From positions 96,001 through 160,000 of the forward strand of contig CAVYBU010000006.1 in NCBI GenBank assembly GCA_963766735.1: a stretch of DNA of 64,000 nt, read 5' to 3'. Below are positions 50,248 to 59,689 of this stretch, in pieces. Numbering within the stretch: the first letter of the stretch is position 1; each line of letters starts with the position of its first letter. The translations under genes were made by a program, and so were the position numbers. The notes beneath the pieces were generated by a model that worked only from the letters and a program-made list of their open reading frames with translations, had not been told where the DNA came from and did no database searches. Source of the DNA: an uncultured Chloroflexia bacterium (GTDB lineage: Bacteria > Chloroflexota > Limnocylindria > Limnocylindrales > CSP1-4).

Positions 50248-50619
50248 GTGTTCGCCCAGCTTCGCGCGATGCCCCCCGGGATCCGCATCTTCCTCGGCTA
50301 CGCCTTCCTCGTCCTGGGCCTGATCGGCCTGTCGCTGCGCTGGGTCGTGGACCAGGCCATCAGCACTCCCATCTCGCTGCCGGGTCTGGTCGTGATGATC
50401 CTGCTCGCCTACACGATCTTCACCACGACGCTGGTGCTCCAGCGCAAGGAGGCGGCGCGGGGATTGGCGCTCGGCCTCTCCACCCTGACGATTCCCGCCG
50501 TGCCGCTGGCGCTGCTTGCGGCCCAGCCGCTGTTCGCAGTGATCGTGGGGGCGCTCGCGATCCTGCTCTTCTCCGGCCTCACCCGCCCCGCAGTCCGCGA
50601 CTGGCTCAACGAGCCCTGA
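50248..50619 (+). CDS. small membrane protein (about 4 TM)
   Basis: Hydrophobic ORF; CATCAT 7 nt upstream of GTG. Confidence 0.78.
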   Translation: MFAQLRAMPPGIRIFLGYAFLVLGLIGLSLRWVVDQAISTPISLPGLVVMILLAYTIFTTTLVLQRKEAARGLALGLSTLTIPAVPLALLAAQPLFAVIVGALAILLFSGLTRPAVRDWLNEP

Positions 50620-50798
50620 CCGACCACGCCCGGGGGAAGTGCCCGCCACGGGCCCATCGCCGATGGCACGACGACGGCAGCAACACGGGCACGGGCGCAT
50701 GGCCACGCGGGGCGCTACGCTTCGGGAAGCGGCACGGTCCTCCGTGCCGCCCGCGATCGGACGTCCCGCGGTCGCGGCCTCGAACAGGGAGCCCCGCT

Positions 50799-51605
50799 TT
50801 GACCGATCCCAGCAGCCGGCCAAGCCGTCGCGATCACAGCACCAGCCCAACCGGCACCTCACGCGCCGGTCGCCGCCAGACGGATCGCCGCAGGCATCAC
50901 GAGGTGTCCACGCTCGAGCGGCTGCGCACGCCGGTGCTGGCGCTCGTGGTCATTGCCGCCCTCGTGGGCATCGGTCTCTTCGTGTTCACCTCCGCGACGT
51001 CGCCCGCCTACGCGTGCTCGAGCATCGACACGATCCAGGCGCCCGCCGAGGGCGAGCTGGGCCAGGTCCAGCCGGACCAGGGCAGCGCCCATGTCCAGGT
51101 CGGCGACCGGATCACATACCCCGTCTGTCCGCCCGCCTCGGGCAAGCACGTCAACCGCGAAGGCTTCGGGCCGCTGGCGCCCAAGATCTTCGGACCGGAC
51201 GACCGGAGCGCTCCCGACGGCTGGGTCCACAACCTGGAGCATGGCGCGCTCGTGCTGCTCTACTCGTGCGAGAAGGGTGCCTGCGACGAGGCATCCCTCG
51301 AGGCGCTCAAGGGCTTCAGCGCCGGGTTCCCCGACAGCCCGGTCTGCGGCCTCCCTGCCGGAACGGTCGGTCCGGTCGTCGCGCGGTTCGAGGAGATGCC
51401 GGCGAAGTACGCGGCGCTCGTCTGGGACCGCGTCCTGTACCTCGACACGCTGGACGCCGCCGCGGCGTACGACTTCTTCCTGCGCTACGCCGAGCGCGTC
51501 GCCGATGATGGGACGTGGCTCGCTCCGCCCGAGCAGCAGTGCCCCACGCCGACATCCACGCCGGTCCCCTCGGCGGATGCCAGTCCCAGCCCGTCCGGCG
51601 GCTGA
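50799..51605 (+). CDS. DUF3105 domain protein
   Basis: TM; PPASGKH; VHNLEHG; AALVW. Confidence 0.85.
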   Translation: MTDPSSRPSRRDHSTSPTGTSRAGRRQTDRRRHHEVSTLERLRTPVLALVVIAALVGIGLFVFTSATSPAYACSSIDTIQAPAEGELGQVQPDQGSAHVQVGDRITYPVCPPASGKHVNREGFGPLAPKIFGPDDRSAPDGWVHNLEHGALVLLYSCEKGACDEASLEALKGFSAGFPDSPVCGLPAGTVGPVVARFEEMPAKYAALVWDRVLYLDTLDAAAAYDFFLRYAERVADDGTWLAPPEQQCPTPTSTPVPSADASPSPSGG

Positions 51606-51615
51606 AAGGAGACCC

Positions 51616-52599
51616 ATGCGGCTGTACGCCTACGAGGACCGGTACGGGGACGAGCGTTTTGGCGTCCTGGTGCTGGGCCGCCTGCTGACCGGAGCGCAGC
51701 TCGAGAAGCGAGGGGGACTCGACCCCGCGGTGGACACCCACCTGGGCATCGGCTTCCAGCTCTCGTTCCAGGACGGCTGGCTGCAGGAGGTCGCCCGCGC
51801 CGCGCGGCGCGCGCTCAAGCGCGGTGCCCCGCTGCTTGACCCCGGGGCGCGACGACCAAGTGCGGCGATCAGCGCGGCGAGCCTCGGCGAGAAGATCGTG
51901 TGCGTCGGCCTCAACTACGCCGACCACGCCGCAGAGGGCGGACGCGCCACGCCGGATCGTCCGATGCTGTTCGCGAAGTTCGCGAACGCGATCGTTGGGG
52001 ACGGCGAGGCCATCGTCCGGCCGCCCGGCACCCGCGCCCTGGACCTCGAGGTGGAGCTGGGGGTGGTGATCGGCCGGTCAGCCCGACGCGTGACCCCGGA
52101 CGAGGCGCAGGATCGCGTCGCCGGCTACGTGGTCGTCAACGACGTCAGCGCCCGGGACTGGCAGGGCAACCCGGGGGCGTTGCGCGAGGGAGAGAAGGGC
52201 GACGGCCAGTGGCTGCGGGCCAAGGGCAGTGACACCTTCCTTCCGGTCGGGCCGGTGTTCGTCACGGCGGACGAGGCGGACCCGGCGGCCGGGATGGCGC
52301 TCCGCAGCTGGCGGATCCCGGGGGACGGCCCCAGCGCAGGCATCCCGGTCCCGATGCAGGACGGCAACACGGCCGACATGCTGTTCACCGTCCCGCAGCT
52401 CGTCAGCTTCATCTCGCAACAGGTCACGCTCCGGCCGGGTGACCTCATCGCCACCGGCACGCCCTCGGGCGTCGGCGTGTTCCGCGACCCGCCCGTGTTC
52501 CTGCAGCCCGGCGATCGCGTCCGGTGCGAGATCGAGGGCATCGGCGCCGTGGAGAACCCGGTCGTCGACTGGACCGACGACACGCGCCAGGACATCTGA
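51616..52599 (+). CDS. fumarylacetoacetate hydrolase family protein
   Basis: [33 protein letters not shown]. Confidence 0.92.
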   Translation: MRLYAYEDRYGDERFGVLVLGRLLTGAQLEKRGGLDPAVDTHLGIGFQLSFQDGWLQEVARAARRALKRGAPLLDPGARRPSAAISAASLGEKIVCVGLNYADHAAEGGRATPDRPMLFAKFANAIVGDGEAIVRPPGTRALDLEVELGVVIGRSARRVTPDEAQDRVAGYVVVNDVSARDWQGNPGALREGEKGDGQWLRAKGSDTFLPVGPVFVTADEADPAAGMALRSWRIPGDGPSAGIPVPMQDGNTADMLFTVPQLVSFISQQVTLRPGDLIATGTPSGVGVFRDPPVFLQPGDRVRCEIEGIGAVENPVVDWTDDTRQDI

Positions 52600-52639
52600 C
52601 CACGCCACGGCCGGCGAGGCCGGGAAGGAGGAAGGGTCC

Positions 52640-53668
52640 ATGCTCGCGCTCGTGAAGACCGCGCCCGGCCCGGGGCTCAGCCTCCTGACGGTCCCCGACC
52701 CCGTGGTGGGCATCAACGACGTCCTCATCCGGGTCCGCCGGACCGGGATCTGCGGGACGGACCTCCACATCGAGTCCTGGGACCCGTGGGCCGCCAGGAC
52801 GATCAAGCCCCCGCTGATCGTCGGCCACGAGTTCGTGGGCGAGATCGTCGAGGTCGGCTCCAACGTCGCGGACTACTCGCCGGGCGACATCGTGAGCGGC
52901 GAGGGGCACGTGACGTGCGGTCGCTGCCGCCACTGCCTGGCCGGCCGCCGGCACCTGTGCGCCAACACCGTCGGCCTGGGCGTCGGGCGGGACGGTGCCT
53001 TCGCCGAGTACGTGGTGCTGCCCATGGCCAACATCTGGCGCCACTGGCCGGGGATCGACGAGGAGGTCGCCTCGATCTTCGACCCGTTCGGCAACGCCGT
53101 GCACACGGCCCTGGCGTTCCCGGTGCTGGGCGAGGACGTCCTGATCACGGGCGCCGGCCCGATCGGGCTCATGGCCACGGCGGTCGTCCGCCACGCCGGC
53201 GCCCGCTTCGTCGTGGTGTCGGAGCCCAACCCGGTCCGCCGGGAGCTTGCGATGCGCATGGGCGCCACGGTGGCCGTGGACCCGCTGGAGCAGGACCTCG
53301 GCGACGTCCAGCGGGACCTGGGGATGGTCGAGGGCTTCGACGTGGCCCTGGAGATGTCCGGCAACCCCGCGGCCATCCGGAGCGCGATGGACAACATGGC
53401 CCACGGCGGCTCGATCGCCATCCTGGGCATTCCCACCCAGGACATCAGCATCGACGTCAACGAGATCGTGTTCAAGCTTCTGACCATCCGGGGCATCTAC
53501 GGCCGGGAGATGTACGAGACCTGGTACAAGATGACGGTGATGCTCCAGTCCGGACTGGACATTCGGCCCGCGATCACGCACCGCTTCCCGTTCCGGGAGT
53601 TCGAGGCGGCCTTCGCGACCGCCCGCTCCGGCGACTCGGGCAAGGTCATCCTGGACTGGACCGCGTGA
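52640..53668 (+). CDS. tdh: L-threonine 3-dehydrogenase
   Basis: [15 protein letters not shown], Zn cysteines, [22 protein letters not shown]. Confidence 0.95.
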   Translation: MLALVKTAPGPGLSLLTVPDPVVGINDVLIRVRRTGICGTDLHIESWDPWAARTIKPPLIVGHEFVGEIVEVGSNVADYSPGDIVSGEGHVTCGRCRHCLAGRRHLCANTVGLGVGRDGAFAEYVVLPMANIWRHWPGIDEEVASIFDPFGNAVHTALAFPVLGEDVLITGAGPIGLMATAVVRHAGARFVVVSEPNPVRRELAMRMGATVAVDPLEQDLGDVQRDLGMVEGFDVALEMSGNPAAIRSAMDNMAHGGSIAILGIPTQDISIDVNEIVFKLLTIRGIYGREMYETWYKMTVMLQSGLDIRPAITHRFPFREFEAAFATARSGDSGKVILDWTA

Positions 53669-53681
53669 GCGGCACGGAGGA

Positions 53682-54914
53682 ATGACGATGGGCAGCGCAT
53701 CCCGCCCCAACCCGCTCGGGTTCCTGGACGAGGACCTGGCCGCCATGCGGGAGCGGCACCTGTACCGGCCATTGCGGATCATGTCGTCCGCGCAGGGCCC
53801 GATCGTCTCCCTCGACGACCGCCGGGTCATCAGCCTCTCATCCAACGACTACCTGGGCCTCACGCACCACCCGCGCATGAAGAAGGCGGCCATCGAGGCC
53901 GTCGAGCGGTACGGGGCGGGGTCGGGGGCCGTGCGCACGATCGCGGGAACGATGACCCTCCACGAGGCCCTGGAGGCGGATCTCGCCGTGTTCAAGCACA
54001 CCGAGGCCGTCCTGACCTTCCAGTCCGGCTTCACGACCAACACGGGCGTCATCCCCACGATCACCGGTGAGACGGACCTGATCGTCTCCGACGAGCTCAA
54101 CCACGCCAGCATCATCGACGGCATGCGCCTGTCGAAGGCGCCGCGCAGGATCTTCCCGCACGCGGACGTGGACTCGCTGCGCGAGGTGCTGCGCGAGGCC
54201 CGGGCGAAGGGCCGTGACGGCGGCGGCAGCCCCCACCGCCTGATCCTCGTGGTGACCGACGGCGTGTTCAGCATGGACGGCGACATCGCGCCGCTGCCCG
54301 GCATCGTGGAGGCAGCCGAGGCATATGGCGCGGCGGTCATGGTCGATGACGCCCACGCATCCGGCGTCCTGGGCAGGGACGGGCGCGGTACGGTCAGCCA
54401 CTTCGGCCTCGAGGGACGGGTGGCAATCCAGGTCGGCACGATGTCCAAGGCGGTGGGCGTCCTGGGCGGGTACGTGGCGGGGTCGCAGGCCCTGCGCGAC
54501 GTCCTCGTCCAGCGCGCGCGGCCGTTCCTGTTCTCCAACAGCCACCCGCCCGCCGTCGCCGCGGCCTGCCGGGAGGCCATCGCGATCATGCAGGAGGAGC
54601 CGGAGCTGATCGAGCGGCTGTGGACCAACACCCGCCGGTTCAAGGCGGAGCTGGCACGCCTGGGCTTCGACATCGGCCGCAGCGAGACCCCGATCACGCC
54701 GGTGATGCTGGGCGACAGCGAGACCGCGATCCGGTTCTCGGACCGCCTGTTCGCGGAGGGTGTGTTCGGGACGAGCGTGGTGTTCCCAACGGTGGCCCTG
54801 GACCGCGCCCGGATCCGGACGATCGTCACGGCCGCGCACACCGACGACATGCTGGACGAGGCCGTTGCGGCGTTCGATCGGGTCGGCCGCGAACTGGGCG
54901 TGATCGCAGGGTGA
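53682..54914 (+). CDS. kbl: glycine C-acetyltransferase (2-amino-3-ketobutyrate CoA ligase)
   Basis: SSNDYLGL, DELNHAS, DGVFSMDG, DDAH, GTMSKA; adjacent to tdh. Confidence 0.88.
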   Translation: MTMGSASRPNPLGFLDEDLAAMRERHLYRPLRIMSSAQGPIVSLDDRRVISLSSNDYLGLTHHPRMKKAAIEAVERYGAGSGAVRTIAGTMTLHEALEADLAVFKHTEAVLTFQSGFTTNTGVIPTITGETDLIVSDELNHASIIDGMRLSKAPRRIFPHADVDSLREVLREARAKGRDGGGSPHRLILVVTDGVFSMDGDIAPLPGIVEAAEAYGAAVMVDDAHASGVLGRDGRGTVSHFGLEGRVAIQVGTMSKAVGVLGGYVAGSQALRDVLVQRARPFLFSNSHPPAVAAACREAIAIMQEEPELIERLWTNTRRFKAELARLGFDIGRSETPITPVMLGDSETAIRFSDRLFAEGVFGTSVVFPTVALDRARIRTIVTAAHTDDMLDEAVAAFDRVGRELGVIAG

Positions 54915-55855
54915 CCCACCACCGCCAGGGGTTGCCGGACGCCGCGGACACGCGGCCGCGCGCGGAGGTCGAGCGCGACGTGTGGAGGGCGGGCGTGGCC
55001 GCGGGCCTGGGTGGGTCGCGGGACCTGCCGCTCGACTCGCATCTCCATACCGTCCGGTCCCCGGACGCCAACGCGATGCTTGACGCGTACTGTGCGCTGG
55101 CCCTGGAGCGCGGCATCCCGGAGCTGGCGATCACGGATCACGTCGACTTCGACCCCACGATGCCGGCGTACGGGTTCTCGTCCTTCGCCGACCGCGAACG
55201 GGACGTGCGTGAGGCGGCCACGCGCTGGGCTGACAGGGGCCTTGCGATCCGGTTCGGCGTCGAGGTCACGTACGAACGCCGTCTGGAGCACGACATCCGG
55301 GGCTGGCTCGCCCGCCACCCGCACGACTACGTGATCGGCAGCGTCCACATCAGCGAGGTGTCACCGTACAAGGCCTCGAACGTGCGCGCGTTCGTCGCCG
55401 GTCGCTCGCTGGGAGACATCGTGGCGCCGTACTTCGACGAGGTGATCGGCGCGGCGCGATCGGGCCTGTTCGACACGATCGGCCACCTGGACTTCGTCAA
55501 GCGGTACCTGGTCCCGCACGTCATGCCGGCAGACCTCGCCCTGGCGCCCGAGCTGTACGAGCCCGTCCTGGCTGCCCTGGTCGAGACCGGCACCGCCCTC
55601 GAGGTCAACGCCTCGGGGCTGCGACAGCTGCCGCGGGAGACGTACCCGGCAGCGCCGATCGTGGCTCGCTACCGGGAGATGGGCGGGCGGCACGTGACTA
55701 TCGGCTCGGATGCCCACCGAACGGAGTGGTTCGCCTACGGCCTGGCCCAGGCGTATCGTCAGGCTGCGAGCGCCGGGTTCGAGGCTCTCGCGTTCAGGCG
55801 CGGCGGTGAGCGCGTGGCGGTCGCGAACCCCGCATACGGAACTCCACCTACCTGA
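54911..55855 (+). CDS. PHP-domain phosphoesterase, HisJ-type histidinol phosphatase family
   Basis: DSHLHT, ITDH, GVE, GSVH, GHLD, GSDAH. Confidence 0.88.
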   Translation: MTHHRQGLPDAADTRPRAEVERDVWRAGVAAGLGGSRDLPLDSHLHTVRSPDANAMLDAYCALALERGIPELAITDHVDFDPTMPAYGFSSFADRERDVREAATRWADRGLAIRFGVEVTYERRLEHDIRGWLARHPHDYVIGSVHISEVSPYKASNVRAFVAGRSLGDIVAPYFDEVIGAARSGLFDTIGHLDFVKRYLVPHVMPADLALAPELYEPVLAALVETGTALEVNASGLRQLPRETYPAAPIVARYREMGGRHVTIGSDAHRTEWFAYGLAQAYRQAASAGFEALAFRRGGERVAVANPAYGTPPT

Positions 55856-55886
55856 GCCGCCCTAACACCGGGGAGCACGGATCGTT

Positions 55887-56474
55887 ATGACGATCGACGA
55901 CGAGGCGGTCGAACGCCTCGTGGTTGCGGCGAAGGACGGTGATCCCGAGGCATTCGGGTCGCTCTTCGACCACTTCCACGGGCCGGTCTACCGTTACGTC
56001 GCCGCCCGCGTCGGCCGCCCGAGCGACGCGGAGGACCTGGCGCAGCTTGTCTTCGTCAAGGCCCTGGAGGCGCTGCCGCGGTACGAATCGCGGGGCGTCC
56101 CCTTCGGGGGCTGGCTGTTCCGGCTGGCCAGGAATGTCGTCATCGACCATGTCCGGACGCGTCGCGAGCACGCGACGCTCGATCTCATCGTGGAGTGCTC
56201 CGGCAACGATGAGGGACCAGACGATCTGGCGGTGCTCCGCCAGGAAATGGACTGCGTCGCGAGGGCACTGCGAAGGCTGACGCCGGAGCAGCGCGAGGCG
56301 ATCGAGCTGAGGTTCTTCGCGGGACTCTCCGCGAGGGAGGCGGCCGATGCCATGGGCCGGCAGGAGGGCACCGTTCGGGGCCTCCAGTTCCGGGCCATCG
56401 CGGCGCTCCGCCGGGAGCTGGGCGTGGAGCCCGACTCGGACGAGCTGGGCCGGGTCGCCGGGACGACCCGGTGA
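55887..56474 (+). CDS. ECF sigma-70 factor
   Basis: AEDLAQLVFVKA, WLFRLARN, region 4 with EQREAIELRF. Confidence 0.93.
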   Translation: MTIDDEAVERLVVAAKDGDPEAFGSLFDHFHGPVYRYVAARVGRPSDAEDLAQLVFVKALEALPRYESRGVPFGGWLFRLARNVVIDHVRTRREHATLDLIVECSGNDEGPDDLAVLRQEMDCVARALRRLTPEQREAIELRFFAGLSAREAADAMGRQEGTVRGLQFRAIAALRRELGVEPDSDELGRVAGTTR

Positions 56475-57415
56475 ACGAGGACGAGATGCAGGCACTTGAG
56501 CCGCAGGCGGGCGAGACGCTCGAGCGGATGCTGGCGCGGTACGCGCGGGTGAGGCTGGACCCCACCCCCGCCGCGGCTCGGCGCGCCCGCGCGGCCGTGA
56601 TGGAGGAGGCCTGGCGCCGCCGGTTCGAGCTGCCGTCCGGAGCCGGGGCCGATCCGTCCGGATCTCGGGCTGCGTCCGCCGTGATCGCCCCGGTCGCCAG
56701 AGCCCGCCGTTGGCCGTTCGCCGGCTGGGGCGCGCGCCGAGTCTCGAGCGCCGTCTCCGCCGCCGTCCTCGCGGGCATGCTCCTGGGAACGACAGCCTTT
56801 GCGACGTCGCGGGCCGGCGGCCCCCTCTACGAGACACGGCTGGCCGTCGAGGAGCTCACGCTGCCCTCGGACCCCGCCTCGCACGTCGAGGCGGAGATCG
56901 CCATGGCGCAGGCGCGCATCGCCGAGATCGTCGAGGCGTCCAGCCGGGACGATGCGGGGGCCCTTGCGGCGGCGCTGGCGGCCTACGAGCACACCGCCGA
57001 GACCCTGGGCGTCACCACCGGCCCTCCGGCCAGGCGAGCCCTGGAGGCGGTTGCCTCGCACCAGGCCGTGCTCCAGCGCGTCGCCGGCGCAGCGCCCGCG
57101 CAGGCTCGTAGCGGCCTCGATCGTGCGCTCGCCGCCAGCGGCAAGGTGATCGACAGGCTCTCGGCCGCGGGTGGCGGGTCGCCCGGCGCCGGGTCGCCCG
57201 GTGGCGCCCCGAACGCGGGCGGCGGCACCGGCGGGAATGGGAACGGAAACGGGAAAGGCCCGGGCAACGGGAATGGTCCTGGGGTCACCGCGACGTCGGA
57301 GCCCGGCCCGACGGACAAGCCCGGTCGCACGCCGCGTCCGCGCCCGGTGAAGGAACCCGTCGACCAGGGCGGCAAGCGCGGAGCCACCCCCTCGCCTGCG
57401 ATCGGCAAGCCCTGA
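56471..57415 (+). CDS. putative anti-sigma factor (DUF5667-like)
   Basis: GTGA coupling to the sigma factor; one TM; GGPLY..RLAVE; G/N/P-rich tail. Confidence 0.75.
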   Translation: MNEDEMQALEPQAGETLERMLARYARVRLDPTPAAARRARAAVMEEAWRRRFELPSGAGADPSGSRAASAVIAPVARARRWPFAGWGARRVSSAVSAAVLAGMLLGTTAFATSRAGGPLYETRLAVEELTLPSDPASHVEAEIAMAQARIAEIVEASSRDDAGALAAALAAYEHTAETLGVTTGPPARRALEAVASHQAVLQRVAGAAPAQARSGLDRALAASGKVIDRLSAAGGGSPGAGSPGGAPNAGGGTGGNGNGNGKGPGNGNGPGVTATSEPGPTDKPGRTPRPRPVKEPVDQGGKRGATPSPAIGKP

Positions 57416-57464
57416 ACAGGATCCCTCCGGCACGCTACCCTGCTCCGACTATGAGGAGCACGCA

Positions 57465-58208
57465 ATGCGACTGACGGTGCTGGGCGCCGGCCCCGCCTAC
57501 ACCGACCGGGATGGAGCCACGGGTGCGTGCTACCTGGTCACCGAGGGTGACACCAACCTGCTGCTCGACCTTGGGCAGGGGTCGTTCACGCGGATCTTCC
57601 GCCATCTGGCGCCCGAGAACCTCACGGCAATCGTGGTGAGTCATCTCCACCCGGATCACATGGTGGATCTCGTCCCGATGCGGCACTACCTGCGCTACGA
57701 GTTCGAGCCGCCGCGCAGGATGCGGGTGCTGGGCCCGGGAGCCTTGGCGGAACGCCTGGATGCGCTGCACGCTGAACCGGGCTTCACGGCCGAAGCGCTG
57801 GACGTCGAACGCCTCGGGGAGGGCGCCAGCAGCATCGGGGCGCTCAGCCTGGAGACTCGCCTGGTCACCCACACCGACGAGAGCTACGGGATCCGCGTTG
57901 CCGGCGACGAGGGGCCGGGGCTCGTCTACAGCGGGGACTGCGGCCGCGCCGAGGACCTGATGCCGCTCGTGCGGCCGGGGGACACCCTCCTCGCCGAGGT
58001 CTCGTTCGGAGCGGGGCCCGTCCCGCCCGGCGTGCTCCACCTGGACGGGCCCGCGGTCGGACGCCTCGCGGCTGCGACGGGCGCCGGCCGAGTGCTCCTC
58101 ACGCACCTCCTGATCGGCCGCGATCCATCCGCCACGGTTGCCTCCGTCCGGACCTCCTTCGATGGACCGGTGGAGATGGTCTGGCCGGGGAGCCGGATCG
58201 AGCTCTGA
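57465..58208 (+). CDS. MBL-fold metallohydrolase (RNase Z/AtsA-like)
   Basis: SHLHPDH, YSGD, LTH. Confidence 0.9.
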   Translation: MRLTVLGAGPAYTDRDGATGACYLVTEGDTNLLLDLGQGSFTRIFRHLAPENLTAIVVSHLHPDHMVDLVPMRHYLRYEFEPPRRMRVLGPGALAERLDALHAEPGFTAEALDVERLGEGASSIGALSLETRLVTHTDESYGIRVAGDEGPGLVYSGDCGRAEDLMPLVRPGDTLLAEVSFGAGPVPPGVLHLDGPAVGRLAAATGAGRVLLTHLLIGRDPSATVASVRTSFDGPVEMVWPGSRIEL

Positions 58209-58246
58209 GACTCCCGCACGCAGCGGCCGGGGCCAGCACACAAAGA

Positions 58247-58284
58247 GAACCGGCCGGGGGGCAGATGCCCGACCCGGCCGGTTC
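58247..58284 (-). terminator. intrinsic terminator-like hairpin between convergent genes
   Basis: GAACCGGCCGGG...CCCGGCCGGTTC, followed by TCTTTG on the minus strand. Confidence 0.7.
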
Positions 58285-58326
58285 GATCGTGTGGTCCGGC
58301 GCCGCGCGGCGCCGGCTATGCAGGTG

Positions 58327-59334
58327 CTAGCGCTTGCGCGGCGCCTTGGCAGGCGTCGCCGGCGTCAGCAGGAGGACCGTGGCCAGCAGGCCGGCCATGG
58401 CGATCAGGAGCAGCTGCCAGGAGTTGCCTGACGGGCTCGAGCCACCGGAGATCGCGCCGGTGTCGGTCGGGGGAAGGGTGGGGTCCGGCGTGCCGGTCTC
58501 GGCCTCGACCGAGCCGCTGGGCGTCGGAGGCGGCGTCGGGGTCGGCGTGATCACCGGCTCGGGCGTCGGTCGGCGTCGGCGTCGGCGTCGGCGGGGGGTC
58601 GGCGTCGGCGTGGGGGTCGGCGTCGGCGTGGGGGTCGGCGTCGGCGTGGGGGTCGGCGTCGGCGTGGGGGTCGGCGTCGGCGTGGGGGTCGGCGTCGGCG
58701 TGGGGGTCGGCGTCGGCGTGGGGGTCGGCGTCGGCGTGGGGGTCGGCGTCGGCGTGGGGGTCGGCGTCGGCGTGGGGGTCGGCGTCGGCGTGGGGGTCGG
58801 CGTCGGCGTGGGGGTCGGCGTCGGCGTGGGGGTCGGCGTCGGCGTGGGGGTCGGCGTCGGCGTGGGGGTCGGCGTCGGCGTGGGGGTCGGCGTCGGCTCA
58901 ACGTCGTAGCAGAACGAGATGTGGCTGATCCCGTTGCCGTTGCCCGCCTGCGGTCCGAGGTTCGTATCGGACGTCGCCTCGGGGTCGTACACGTACAGGT
59001 TGTGCTTGTCACTGCCGGCCTTCACGAACACGGCGTCCACGCCAATGTTCGATGCCCAGTCGAAGCTGCCGGGAGTGCCGCTAGATGAGTTCACGTAGTT
59101 GGAGATCGTGACGGTCAGCGTCCCGTCGGTCACGGTGCCGTTGCCGAGATCTCCGCCTTCCACCTTGAGCTGGGTCCAGCCGGCGTTGAAGTCGTCGCAG
59201 TCGGGATTGCCCGCGTTGACAGGCGTTGGCGCGACGCTGGCGGCTGCGGCACCCGATGGTGCGATAAGCGCCGCGCCGAGCATCGCGGCGACCGCCAACC
59301 AGCCGGCCTTTCGAGTGATCCCCGTGAGTTTCAT
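58327..59334 (-). CDS. secreted/cell-surface protein: signal peptide, small beta domain, long (PT)n stalk, TLPPTDT-TM-basic tail
   Basis: Signal peptide ending AAA; VFVKAG and GISHISFCY; PT repeat; C-terminal anchor. Confidence 0.87.
   Translation of the reverse strand: MKLTGITRKAGWLAVAAMLGAALIAPSGAAAASVAPTPVNAGNPDCDDFNAGWTQLKVEGGDLGNGTVTDGTLTVTISNYVNSSSGTPGSFDWASNIGVDAVFVKAGSDKHNLYVYDPEATSDTNLGPQAGNGNGISHISFCYDVEPTPTPTPTPTPTPTPTPTPTPTPTPTPTPTPTPTPTPTPTPTPTPTPTPTPTPTPTPTPTPTPTPTPTPTPTPTPTPTPTPTPTPTPTPTPTPTPTPTPTPRRRRRRRRPTPEPVITPTPTPPPTPSGSVEAETGTPDPTLPPTDTGAISGGSSPSGNSWQLLLIAMAGLLATVLLLTPATPAKAPRKR
58601..58888. repeat. 16 perfect copies of an 18-bp tandem repeat encoding (PT)3
   Basis: GGCGTCGGCGTGGGGGTC x16. 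Confidence 0.95.
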
Positions 59335-59583
59335 ATGCGGTCCCCTGTGCGGCCTGAGCGGCATTCGCCGCGAATGAGAGCCGGGCGATGAGTTGGATCA
59401 TCGGCCGCTGCCTGATCGATGCGCCAATCCTGACGGAAGGTTCGGTGCGAGTCCAGTACTGATTCTCTATCGATAACCGCCTATAACGGCACCCAACCGC
59501 AACGCGGTCTGCGGTTCCGTTGCCCATCAGCAACGCCGGGTCCCGGTACCAATGGCCGAACGCGCTTCCGCGGGAGGAAGCGA

Positions 59584-59613
59584 ACGGGACGCACCCAGGC
59601 TGGTGCGTCCCGT
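59584..59613 (-). terminator. hairpin downstream of the large surface-protein gene
   Basis: ACGGGACGCACC-6 nt-GGTGCGTCCCGT perfect 12-bp stem. Confidence 0.6.
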
Positions 59614-59689
59614 CCTGGTCTCGGGGACCCGAGGTGAGGCGACGGATCAAGCAGGGCCGGCCGGAGACCGACCCTGGCTCAGCGGAGCG

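Noticed and set aside
52640-54914. tdh-kbl pair as novel
   Set aside because: Standard threonine degradation operon.
58601-58888. Regular repeat array as possible CRISPR
   Set aside because: No spacers and no cas genes; it is an in-frame coding tandem repeat.
59335-59580. Possible riboswitch upstream of the PT-stalk gene
   Set aside because: I could not recognise a known aptamer consensus by eye; an Rfam/Infernal scan would be needed.
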